Below are positions 26,701-37,392 of a stretch of 64,000 bases of DNA, one piece after another. The number at the start of each line of letters is the position of its first letter. The stretch's first letter is position 1. Made by a program: the position numbers and the translations under genes. The notes under the pieces were generated by a model that did not search any database, was not told the origin of the DNA, and worked only from the letters and a program-made list of their open reading frames with translations. Origin of the DNA: Lama glama (lineage: Eukaryota); contig CM052832.1 in assembly GCA_028534125.1 (NCBI GenBank), forward strand, positions 15,936,001 to 16,000,000. Reading direction: 5' to 3'.

Positions 26701-28221
26701 ACCTCAGTTTGGTAAGTGGAAGCATGAAGGAGAGAGGGAATGAAGGGTAGCGATGCCAATACCTTCATCTTCCAAGAAGGAGTATAAGAGACGTTGGCCA
26801 TTGAAGGGAAGAAGACACAAAAATAAATACACTTAAATTAAAATACAAACTGAGAGAAAAATTACAGAAGATGAAGTTGGGCTGTTATGCAGTCAGGAAA
26901 AGTGTCCTAGTTGAACCCTCAAGGAGTTCTGAAACTGCCAGAGCCCTTCACAGTTGACCCAAGTTAGCATGGGGTTCAGGACCTTTATACCCTGCAATGA
27001 GCAGTCATTGGAGATGAGTTCCCCTTGGAAGTGGAGTGAAACTGAGTGAGACAGCTCTCCTCACCTAAGGTAATTCCAAAGAGGCCAAAGAGCTGAGGGC
27101 TGTCAGACAGCGACATTCCCAGCAACTGAGGGAATAAAGCCTTCATTCCCAAAGGGAAGAATCTTGGTGGATCAGGACAGCATCCCCGACAGAAGCATTG
27201 TTCTAGTCATTGGGAATACAAATACTTTCAGGTGGAAGAAAACAAACAAAAAAATAAGTGTTTTTTAAAATGTATCATCTCAACTTTCATTAACGCAACT
27301 GACTCATCTTTCTAACTTACGAACTCTATTCCTTCAGTTAAACACCCCATTATAGTCAGGAAGTCTAAGGTTATGTTTCAATAAGACCTTAACCTGCAGT
27401 AAAAATTTAATCTCAGTGGCTTAGATCAGTAAAGGGGACTCAATTCCACAGTCATTCAAGAGATTCAGGTTATGATTCAGAGTTTCGATGTCTTATACAC
27501 TGTGACCTCAACAATGGCTTTCATGCTTCCAGTAGTAGGGAAAGACAAAGCAGGGAGAGCCTACACCCACTTTTAAGTTCCATTGGCTGGTACCAGTCAC
27601 ATGACTCCAACCTAACTGCAGAGGAGGCTGAGAAATGTACAGGGGCTTATGGAACATTGGTGTACACCACTGTCCCCAAGAGACATACCGTCTGATATGA
27701 CTGGAGGTAAGACCAGATGCTCATGACAAGCAGGTTGCTCTCTAGCACGTCTATACACTTTTCTCCAAAGTACATGGCTACTAAGTCTTGGATTTTTTTT
27801 TTTTTAGCAAACTTGTTTGTAAAATATGTACTTGTTATTTTTAACTAAATTATCAATAAAAGATTACATTTCCCAATGAAATCTAGGTGCAAAAAATAAT
27901 TGTTTCTGTGAAATTGTCACTAGAAGAAAGGGAAGAAGACTCTGACACTTTCATTAAGAAGGAATCTTCCAGCACAGGGCCCGTATGACAACATGGAACT
28001 GTAATAATGTTACAGGATACACTTCACCTTTCACCCCCATAATAGGGCTTATGTTTTAACTAGAAAAGTCAGAGCTCAATGTCTCCCTAAACTCTGAGTC
28101 TGGTTCAATCTCCAGCCCTGCCTCTTGCCTTTGCAGGGTCAAAATCAAAGAGCTACATATAGAGACCGAGGGCTCCCTGGACACCCAGCACAAGTCCTCC
28201 CAGTTTCTGCATGGTGTCACT

Positions 28222-29035
28222 CTCTCTTCACGCCTGTGAGTGACAATGAGCACCCGACGGAAGATGACAAAGTCGGCACAAAACCTCTGACCCCACTCAG
28301 CATCTTGCTCTGGACAGATCCAGACTCCCCCTTGGAAAGCAGAATCTGGAGTCCCCACACTCTACAGTGTGGCCGATGACCTGCAGTACAGCCTGGGGTA
28401 CGAGAGATAAGAGTCCCAAGAAAGCTTAGTTCTCCCTCTGATCTCATCCAGGAGAGGGAAGGAACTGCCATTGGCTTCTCGGGTCCAGTGTGTGGGTGAG
28501 GGAGCAGAGCAAAGGGGATGCCTGCTCCTCAGGGGCACAGCCATCCATAACCTCAGAGGTAAGTTCCCAGCCACCTGTCTTAATGACAAATCCCAGAGAC
28601 TGAGATGAAGACCAGCTTTCAGGACTAGGTCAATGCCTAAGGCGCCACAGTGCATAGTGACCTCCCTAACCCCTGGGAAGGGAATATCATCATGAATGAA
28701 CAGGTCATTATGTTCACAGAAAAGTGGAGCTGTGTCCTCTGGGAATTCCAGCTCAGCAATGGCGTCAGGCGGCTGTGCAGGAGACAAACAATGGGATGGA
28801 TGTGAGTCAGCCGTAGAGCCAAAGAGGGACCCTGGGGCCAGAGGGAGCTCTGCCACTTGTCTTGTGGGGTCCACAAGACACAATCTTCCCCTTATGCCAC
28901 TCCACTTGGGGGGACTCTGGAGGCTGGGTGCTCCACGTGACAGGTGCAGAGATCTCCATGCTGGGAAGGCGTTTCTGAGAAATCCAGGCCCTGTTCTTAA
29001 TAAAAGGGGTGGGCACAATGCCGGCTGTCTGCACC
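28222..29035 (-). pseudogene. Decayed DQB-type fragment (3' half of exon 3, intron 3, exon 4)
   Basis: 29035-28896 matches the exon 3 segment TAG(I)V.TP.I.N..W...TCHVEHP.LQSP..VEW with frameshifts and a donor changed from GT to AT. Intron 3 resembles the DQB intron 3. 28330-28222 gives ESGSVQSKMLSGVRGFV and then frameshifts. Confidence 0.85.
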
Positions 29036-29776
29036 CCACGTACAGGATGATGTTTCTGAGAGGTGGGCTTGTTACCAGTTAGAATCTCTCCTAAAATGAT
29101 TAAAACTCTGATATAAACGCTAGAAACACACAACAGAGACAGACTCATACACATACACACACACAGAGACAAAGATAAGATGTGAGGTGATGAGAAAGAT
29201 GCAGAAAATAGAGAAACAAAGAGACAATGAGATGTAAATAGTGACAAAGGTGTAAATAGAGAAAAATTGATTTTCTTTCTCCTCTGTCCACACCATGATG
29301 CTTCTAGTCTCCTTCAAGGAACAGTCCCTCCTTCTGGTCCCCAGTTGGTTGGGTCACCTCAAAAATATGTTCCTTCACTCTGTAGAAGTTTTCTACCTCT
29401 GCTCATTAAAGGAGGTTCAGAGGACAGATAACTCATCATCATGTTTAATTATGGTAAAAAGCTCTATAATCAGGTAAATAGTTTCAATGAGTTTACCCAC
29501 AGAGTCTGTTGGGTAAAAGTGGGAACAGAGAAACCCCTTGAGCTCCATGTAGATGCAGCTGGCAGGGCACAGGCAGAGGCTCGGGTCATGCAGGAGACAG
29601 CGTCACAGCCAGAGCCTCGAGGCGGGGGTGACAGGAAGGGACCAGGTGACTGCGTCAGAATCACCACAGGATCTGACCTCAGAGTGGGGCGGGCTGACAG
29701 GCAGCTTGGAATTCTGGGCAAGGACAAACAGGCATTACAGAAGAGCAAAAGCCAGTCCCAAAGTGTCCTCCAGGAG

Positions 29777-29790
29777 TCAGCGCACGAGCC
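29777..29790 (-). CDS. DQB: DQ beta last coding exon (GLVR*)
   Basis: ctgcAG-GGCTCGTGCGCTGA, with a variant polyA signal ATTAAA at 29444-29449 (-). Confidence 0.9.
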
Positions 29791-30377
29791 CTGCAGAAGA
29801 GAGACAGTGATCAGCACGCGGTACCCTGAGGAACGCGCCCTCTCCTCTCCTCTCGGGGTCCCTGCAGCATCAGGCAGAGAGAGCTGAGGCCCAGGGCACA
29901 TCGTCATCCCCCCTCCCAGTATCTGCAGGAAGGGGAATCAGCTAAAGAGGACACAGCACTTCAGCCTGATGAAAATGTGTGGGAGGCGGGGAGCGGCTGT
30001 TTTCCTTATGGGGGATACGAAGAGTTCAATCTTTTCAGTAAGTTTAATGATAACACAGCTTTTCCCGCTGCTTTCAGTCACTTATAAACGCCCACAGGTA
30101 GTGCCAACATGTGGCACGAAGTGGGCACCATCCTCATGTCTAACACCCACACCAGATTTCTGGCTCCAAGTTTCACAGAAAGATGCCACCAAAGTCATGG
30201 CCCGGTCCTGGGGAACAACTTCAGGATCTTCCTACAGAAAACTGCCCCCTAACTCCTGATCCCATAGCAGGGAACAGGCCATGAAGGAGACCACTGTGCC
30301 CAGGTACACTCACCTCACACCCCGCCCTCCTTTGCCTGTCCCCCAAGCCCTATGCAATCAGAGTAGAAATATTGCGG

Positions 30378-30401
30378 CTTCTGGTGGAGGCCCAGGACAT
30401 C
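30378..30401 (-). other. Vestigial DQB exon 5 (splice donor lost; predicted to be skipped)
   Basis: tttcgtAG-GATGTCCTGGGCCTCCACCAGAAG is followed by CCGC rather than GT. It resembles the 24-nt DQB exon 5 (GPQGPPPA). Confidence 0.75.
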
Positions 30402-30868
30402 CTACGAAAGGTCTCATGACCCAAACAGCCAGTGCCTCACTCTCCCCAAAGGGAAATAAGATGAGCAACTTAGTTCAAAATATATTTCCTCCCTACACAC
30501 AAGGTCTTAACTGCCCTAAAATAAAATCTCACAAAATGAATGAAACTGTTTCTAGAAGGAAAGGAAGCCAATGCTCTGACTGTCTTAATGGAGGAAGCTT
30601 TTGGAAAGGAGCCCGTGAGACAATGATGAAGTCTCTGATGGGAGGAAGTCCAAGAATAAACTCCACCTGTCCCCTCTGTAAAGGGCTGCCTTTCCAATGG
30701 TAAAACCAGACTCCACCGTCTGCCTACGCTGTCCTGTTTCCTCCCACCACCAGCCTAGCCTCCTTCCTTTCATGCTCAGGAGGAAAGAGCCACATCTAGA
30801 GACACAGGCCTCCCTGAACAGAGGTCTCAGTCACAGCCTGTCGTCCCCCTCTCCCCAGAGTTCCTTAC

Positions 30869-30979
30869 CCTTCCGGCTCCTGTGACGGATGAAAAGGCCC
30901 AGCCCGAGGAAGACCAGCCCCAGCATGAAGCCCCCAACACCGCTCAGCATCTTGCTCCGGGCGGACTCAGACTGTGCCC
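30869..30979 (-). CDS. DQB: DQ beta exon 4 (transmembrane)
   Basis: 111 nt, AG/GT bounded. Translates [37 protein letters not shown]. Confidence 0.95.
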
Positions 30980-31482
30980 CTGGGGAGCAGAGCCTGAGTG
31001 TCAGCACTTGTCCCCACCTCCCAGGTGTCCCTTTGAGAAGCCCAAAATCCAGTCTGAGATACAGGAGGTGGAGGTGCCAGGGGAACCCAGTTCCCCATTC
31101 TGACCACCCCGAGGGGAGGGACCAGCCAACAGATCCCTGGACAGACTGGGCAGGTGGGAGAAGGGGAAGGCGGATCCCTGGTCCATACGGACACATCCAT
31201 AACCTTATACCCTAAGAGCCTGGTGACCAGTCAGTCCTGCAGAGCTGCGGGGGCCGGGCTCTGCAGCCAGGGAGTGTTGAGGGATCTGCCTGTATCTGGA
31301 AAGACCATGAGCTCAGGGTTCCTCTGATACCCACGCTATGAGGCTAGAGGCACTCTTGCCCCCTGTGATTTCCAGCTCAGTAGTGATGCTGGGGACAAGG
31401 GCTGAGGTGGGATGGACCAGGGAAACTCTGTCTGCCCCTGTCCTGTGGGGCCCACAGTGAAAGGAAACAAACTGTCTCTTAC

Positions 31483-31764
31483 GCCACTCCACTGTCACGG
31501 GGCTCTGGAGGCTGGGGTGCTCCACGCGGCAGGTGTAGACATCTCCCTGCTGGGGAGTCATTTCCAGCATCACAAGGATCTGGTAGGTCCAGTCCCCATT
31601 CCTGATAAGAGGGGTGGACACAACGCCGGCTGTCTCCTCCTGATCATTCCGGAACCACCGAACTTTGATCTGACTTGGGTAGAAATCTGTCACTGAGCAG
31701 ACCAGCAGGTTGTGCTGGTTTAGAGCCTCTGTCCTGGATGTGGAGATGGTCACTGTGGGTTCCA
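31483..31764 (-). CDS. DQB: DQ beta exon 3 (beta-2 domain)
   Basis: 282 nt, AG/GT bounded. Translates [94 protein letters not shown]. Confidence 0.95.
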
Positions 31765-32067
31765 CTGAGGAGAAAAGACATAGTGAGACATGAGATCACG
31801 TAGAAAATCTCCCCACGGGGAAGAGTCCTTCCATGGTACCTGGTGGAAATATCCCTGGATTCCAAGTCATGGGTTAGGATCCAACCTGGGCCACTTTATT
31901 AGCCTGAATAAACACATTAGTCAGTTTACTTTTCAGAGTCTCAAGAGATAGTTGTAATCATTCTATGAGAGTTACTGTGTTGATACTAATTGATAAAAAT
32001 TAAGTATTTTAAAATTATAAATTGCTATATTATACAGGCCATTGTTTGTAAACATTTTTTTAAAAAT

Positions 32068-32180
32068 GGGTGGGGGTATAGCTCAGTTGGTAGAGCGCAT
32101 GCTTAAACTGCACGAGGTCCTGGGTTCAATCCCCAGTAGCTCCATTAAAAAAATAAAATTTAATTTAAAAATAAAAATTA
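32068..32180 (+). mobile_element. tRNA-derived SINE (Vic-1 type) in DQB intron 2
   Basis: A box TAGCTCAGTTGG, B box GGTTCAATCC and an AT-rich tail. Confidence 0.9.
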
Positions 32181-33129
32181 AAAATCTGGACTTGTTTTCC
32201 CCTACACCTTTTGAAGGTGGCCATCAGGATCAGCTCTAGTGACTCATGCTAGGACAATGACACTGCTTTCTGTTAGTCCCAATGGTCCTCACAGGAGAGA
32301 AAATCCAGCAGCTTTGACTCCCACCTGCTGGCTGTGAGATGAACAGCACTAGTCATACACCCAGGAATATAACATTGACTGAGAATTTTAAAAGTACAGA
32401 CATTTCTATGTGCAGTAAAGTAGGACAACAGTGACCATCACATCCTTCCTACAAAGTAATGCTTCTCAAACAGAGTGTATCTATAATTCTCAGCCCTCTA
32501 ATACAGAATCTGAGAGCAAGAACACTTCTTACATGCTGCCATTTTCAGAATGTCTATCAGCAAAGTGGATGGTGATGCTGGGGGAGTGGGGAGGAGGAGA
32601 GAGACTAGGCAGGGTTTAGGCCGAAAGAAACCTGAAACAATTTTTATTCAATAATTATCGGCATCAACTTATTTAGCCCAAAACTTCAGCCCTTTCTATT
32701 GTGCCATTTGTTGAGCTTTTCTAAGAAATTAGGACTCTCTCACAAAACCATTCAAGTGTTGTTTTTATTTTCAGTAAACACTTTTTTTCCTCGGACTTTG
32801 TATTCACGAATTCTAAATTAATATCCAAGTCAATAAGCGTTTACTTTAAAAGCATTAAGCAAAATAGTAAAGAATAATTAGTAAAGTCAGTTTTTAAGGC
32901 TCTGTTTACCCTTGTTTTCTCTTGAGCTTATGTGATTGGGTAACTGAGCATTTTACTTAGTAATTTACCAAAGGTTTATGGAGTTCGTATAATTAAGACA
33001 GCCCCTTGCGTGGAAGAGGTCCAGGGCTAACGACACCGCGATACCCACTTAAGAAACCAGGATTATGATGAATAATGATTTGAAACCAAAAAGTGAAACT
33101 GTATTATTTCTTGCCTGTAATACGTTACC

Positions 33130-34260
33130 ATGTGTGCAAGGTGCCCTGAGCGCAGCCGTGGAGCAGCCCTAACTCCCCCAGGCCGAGCTGTTAAGAAGCA
33201 AACACACCTGAGGCAGGAGGCGGGAGTGTGCCGACTGAGTGGGAAGAGCGGCCCAGGACGCCCACAGGCGGTGGAGCCACGCCGGGCAGGCCGGGCCGCC
33301 GCTGCGGGAGATGCTCCAGGGCAGCCAACGTCGTCCCCCTGCTGTGCCCTCGGTCCCGCCCTCCGCACAGGACGCCCCGGCCGTGCTGTCCCCTCCGTGG
33401 CCCCGGGGGTCCCGCCCCGGAGGCCGCCTGCGGAGGGCGGCGGCCGGCACTCACCCCGCCGCTGCAAGGTCGTGCGGACCTCCGACTGGTAGTTGTGTCT
33501 GCACACCGTGTCCACCGCGGCCCGCGTCTGCTCCAGGAAGTCCTTCTGGCTGTTCAAGTACTCGGCGAACGGCCGCCCCAGCTCGGTCACCGCCCGGAAC
33601 TCCCCGCCGTGCTCCCCCCAGTCGCTGTCGAAGCGCACGAACTCCTCCCGGTTGTAGATGTGTCTGGTCACACCCCGCACCCGCTCCGTCCCGTTGGTGA
33701 AGTAGCACAGGCCCTTAAACTGGTACACGAAATCCTCTGCGGGGAGTCGCCGCGTCAGTCAGGCCCCGGCCCCGCCGCAGCCCACAGCCCCACGCGCCGC
33801 CGCCCCGCCGGGCCGGGGAAGCCTGGCGCCGCCGCTCAGCCCCGGTTCCCGCCCGGCCCGGCCCCGCGCCTGCAGCCCCCAGCCCGGACCCTCCAGGCGG
33901 CTCTTCGCCGGCCTCCCGCCCGCCCTGACGGCTTCCACAGTGGCCCTGGTGTGAGGACACCCGCCTCTGCGGGCAGCCCGGGAGCCTGCGGAGCCTGAGA
34001 ACCGACTACAGACGGCGGTCGGTTGATTGTCCATCCATCTCTGTACTTAGAGGTTCTCACGGGAAATCTCATTTTCCCTCCACCTCCTGGGAACCTCAGT
34101 GACAAACAAGTATCCACATGAGCACAAGGGTTCAAGGGGACGACGAAAGAGGCGCAGGACTACGCTCGTCCGCGTCCTGACAGGCGCTTTCTCTTAGCAC
34201 CGCGCAAAGTGCCCGCCTTCCCACGCCTGGGTTGGCCCTGAGCTGCTGCCACCCGCGCCC
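33130..34260. other. CpG island spanning DQB exon 2
   Basis: Very GC- and CpG-rich sequence in an otherwise AT-rich window; boundaries judged by eye. Confidence 0.85.
33455..33736 (-). CDS. DQB: DQ beta exon 2 (beta-1 domain, 282 nt with a 12-nt insertion)
   Basis: AG/GT bounded. Translates [94 protein letters not shown]. Confidence 0.95.
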
Positions 34261-35188
34261 AACTCCTGTGAGGTTAGAAGGGACAGACACCTTCCCCCAA
34301 AAAGGACAGTTTATTCACCGAAAGAGCAGACTTTCCAATTAGATTAATTAGATTCCAGTAAAACTGACATAGTTACTTGCTTGTTATTTAACACAGGATG
34401 TAGATCATAAATATGTGCAAAAAGGAGGTCATTATATCTACACATAGGGGTGTTAGGAAGATTGAGCGTCTATTTATATAAAGATATGAATCCTGTGTCT
34501 AAAATGACTGGTTCCTCCCTCTCTGTCTCTCTCTCTCTGTCTCTTTCTCTCTCTATATATATACAAAATTTCCCTATGTTCTCCTTTCTCCTAAATTCAG
34601 TCCACCCTCAACTCAAGTCTCTGAATCCCACTCAAGTCACTATTTTACCACAAAACAGTAAAACTTGAGGTTAAGACTCTGTCAGTGGTCATCCAGTCAG
34701 CTTCACTCAAACACCAGAGTTTGCTTCCATGAACCCTCCTCTCAGAGTCAGGAATGTGGAGTCCTTCCCTCAAATACCAAGACTACAGACCATGGCTGCC
34801 CTACACTTCCCTGACCCAGAATCCCATAGTACTTAGTCCAGACAAGGTCTTGGGGGACCCTGAAATGACAAATCCTGCTGTGTCTTCTTTGGAGAAATGC
34901 ATATCTTAAAAAAAAAAAAAGCTGCCCCTGGCACTTGTAGTAGATACACACTTTGTCTCCTCCTCCCGGTCATAACACCCCCAGGCAGAAGCCTATGGGG
35001 TGGAGTTGGTCCTCACCTAGTCATTTGAAGGTGGACATGAGAATGGAACATAGCTCTCCCTCCCTCTTTCCCAAAGAGAGCAAATGTGTGATGAAAGAAC
35101 ATATTCTGAGATCACACCCCAGCCCAAGGGCCCCTCAGAGCCTGGTCCCCAGAGTGGTGGCTCCGGGGAGCAGCTGCCCTGCACTTAC

Positions 35189-35303
35189 GTGGAGAGTCTC
35201 TGCCCTCAGCCACTGGGGCGCCCAGCAACACCATCACCACCACCACCACCACAGCTGCTGCCCAAAGGCCTCTGGGCATCCGCAGAGCCACCTTCCCAGA
35301 CAT
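35189..35303 (-). CDS. DQB: MHC class II DQ beta chain exon 1 (signal peptide)
   Basis: Translates [38 protein letters not shown] with donor GTAAGT. The AEGRDSP motif is characteristic of DQB. Confidence 0.95.
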
Positions 35304-35435
35304 AATTGAGAACAGAGGAAGAAGCAATGGTAGTCAACACAGCTCGCACCCAGTGGATCTGGTGTACCCACTTCAGAGAATAAAAACCTATGAAAGCTTC
35401 CACGCACAGCAGGATTGGGGAGTCCCTAGGAAAGG

Positions 35436-35502
35436 AGCCAATCAGCACTGGAGCTGAAGTGCCTCATCTGTCTCTGGGCAGGCATTTTTTTATGAAGGTT
35501 CT
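35436..35502 (-). promoter_or_regulatory. DQB proximal promoter S-X-Y module
   Basis: On the minus strand: S GAACCTT (~35496-35502), X CCCAGAGACAGATGAG (35463-35478) and Y CTGATTGGCT (35436-35445). Confidence 0.9.
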
Positions 35503-37111
35503 CAATCTAATGCCTGGCACTGTGTCTTCATTGAATGACACTGGATGAACATTTGACGTGAAGACTTTCTCTCAGTTATAAAAGATCTGAAGAGTGAATG
35601 ACTTAGGAGTTTAAAGAAGGAAAAGAAAAAAATGATTCAAGAGTAGACATCTCTGTGATATTTATTTAAAACCTAGTGTTCTTTAGTTTTTTGTAGGGAA
35701 AAATAAGTGGAGATTGTATTTCAGGGAGAGAAAATTATTGTCACAGAGATGTTCACTTCTATTATCTTAGACACTCTCAGGAGCCTCGAGTTGTGGTGAG
35801 AAAATCAGAATTCATGAAGGACATGGTTTTGAGCTGGTTCTACCACTGAAGTGCTTTATGAGAGTCAACAAAATACTGAGCCTTTTTGCCTCAGACTTCT
35901 CTTTGTAAAATGTGAATCATGTTTCATGCATTTTATATCTAGGCTTCATATATTCAAACTAAAGAGTTGTATGACCTGTTTAATATTGTGAAACGTTCCT
36001 CAGCCGCCATGTGTAACTACTGACAGTATCAGGTTAATACGTGGAGCAAGAAAACAAGCAAACAAACAACATTTGACAACCAGTCCTGCTGGCAAGTGAT
36101 TCCTCATTACACTAAAATCTATTGCATTTATGCTCTTTGAATGAAAGTTTTTGGAGCGTTAAGTTGACTTTTCTCTTTAAAAAATCTCTTCAGCTGCTTA
36201 AATCTTCCCTGAAACATCTGATGTCAGCAAAGGCACAATCCACAAACGTGAACAGCCTTCAGACACAGTCACCTTTAGTTTTGAGGACAGAGAGCAAAAG
36301 ATGTGGAGAAGCATTTCCTAGGGCTTAACTAGTGTTAATCAGGGAGCAGATGCTTAAGTTACAGACTGTACTGTGCCAGCCCTAAGCATCAAACCCCCAG
36401 TGGCAGAAGTATCGGCGTGTTATTTTAAATAAATATACTATTCATCAGACTCCTCTTGCCCATGACTAGGGGCGGTGTGAAATGGTTGTAGAGCAATTAG
36501 AACAGTGCCTGGCAAACATTAATAAACACGACAGTAAGTATCCCTCCCTCTAATCTCTCCATCCTTCTCTCTCTTTCCTGAATTTTAGGTTCTTCTTTCA
36601 AAATAGAGGACAGGCTCTAAAAGCAGAACATAAGGAGTTGACCAGGTAGAAAGAAATCGGAAAGAGGCAACAACAAAAAGTTTCCATTAGCAGCACATGA
36701 AGGTGGTGAGTTTTTTCAATATTTTGAATTAGGTGCATAGTCCCAGAGCACCTGAGACTGGGAAATCCATCACTGGGCTTCCACCAACAGCAGAGTACTC
36801 GGGACAGGGATCACTCCAGAGTAAGGAGGGTTTCCACGCTGGGATGGAAGCACAGAGGAACATCAAACTCAGACCTGGAATGGGGTGGGGGAGGGACGAC
36901 AAAGAATGGTCAGAGAGGGACTTTGAAGGTGACTCAGATCCCTCACACCCCACCTCAGGATCCCTTGAAATAAAGAAGATTCTGGTCCATCCCCTCCCTC
37001 CTGTCTTAAGGGGGATGTCCCCTGCATTCTGTTCTGGGGCTGTGCCCTGGAGTCTGCGTCAGACCTGGGGGATTGCCCAGGTCTCACAAGCCTCTTCACA
37101 CAGACTTTTCA

Positions 37112-37156
37112 CCTAGCAACAAGAGTGTTAGCTTAAAATCCTTTTTCTGATTGGCT
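37112..37156 (+). promoter_or_regulatory. Orphan alpha-chain-type X-Y module, inverted relative to DQB and ~1.7 kb upstream of its promoter
   Basis: CCTAGCAACAAGAG, a 21-nt spacer, then CTGATTGGCT, followed by AAAACCT...CTGGTTTGGGC as in the DQA promoter in this window. Confidence 0.85.
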
Positions 37157-37299
37157 AAAACCTCATTTTCATGGCTCTGGTTTGGGCTTCCTCTTGCTGC
37201 TTCCCCCTAAGCCAGGCAGCATTCTCTACCTTTTCTAGAGTTCTCTGCACTGCCCATATCCCTGCTGCATTACTCAGGGCAGTCCCTGCTGGCCTGGCC

Positions 37300-37392
37300 T
37301 CAGAGAAAGGCAACACAAACAACATTCTGATTCTAGGGAGTTACCTGAATTATTTCACTGGGACTCTGTAGAGGACGAGGGCAGTGTGCACC
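37300..37392 (+). pseudogene. Fossil class II alpha (DQA-like) exon 1
   Basis: AAACAACATTCTGATTCTAGGG...CTGTAGAGGACGAGGGCAGTGTG aligns by eye to DQA exon 1 AAACAGAGCTCTGATTCTGGGG...CTGCAGAGCTCAAGACATCGTG. It has no ATG and no donor. Confidence 0.6.

Larger units (their letters stand above)
22149..33420. repeat. Left arm of the large inverted duplication (DQB 3' block)
   Basis: Reverse complement of 42588-50384, apart from a ~3.45-kb segment missing in the right arm. Confidence 0.95.

Noticed and set aside
28362..29039. 225-aa minus-strand ORF
   Set aside because: It crosses a frameshifted pseudo-exon and intron and is broken in the duplicate copy, so it is not a gene.
32068..32145. tRNA-like sequence with A and B boxes (also at 5640-5716 and 43875-43952)
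   Set aside because: It has an A/T-rich tail, a clear TSD at the 5.6-kb copy and no proper acceptor stem, so it is a SINE and not a tRNA gene.
33130..34135. Many long overlapping ORFs (up to 256 aa) on both strands
   Set aside because: They are a by-product of the stop-poor CpG island. Only the splice-bounded exon 2 frame has protein homology.
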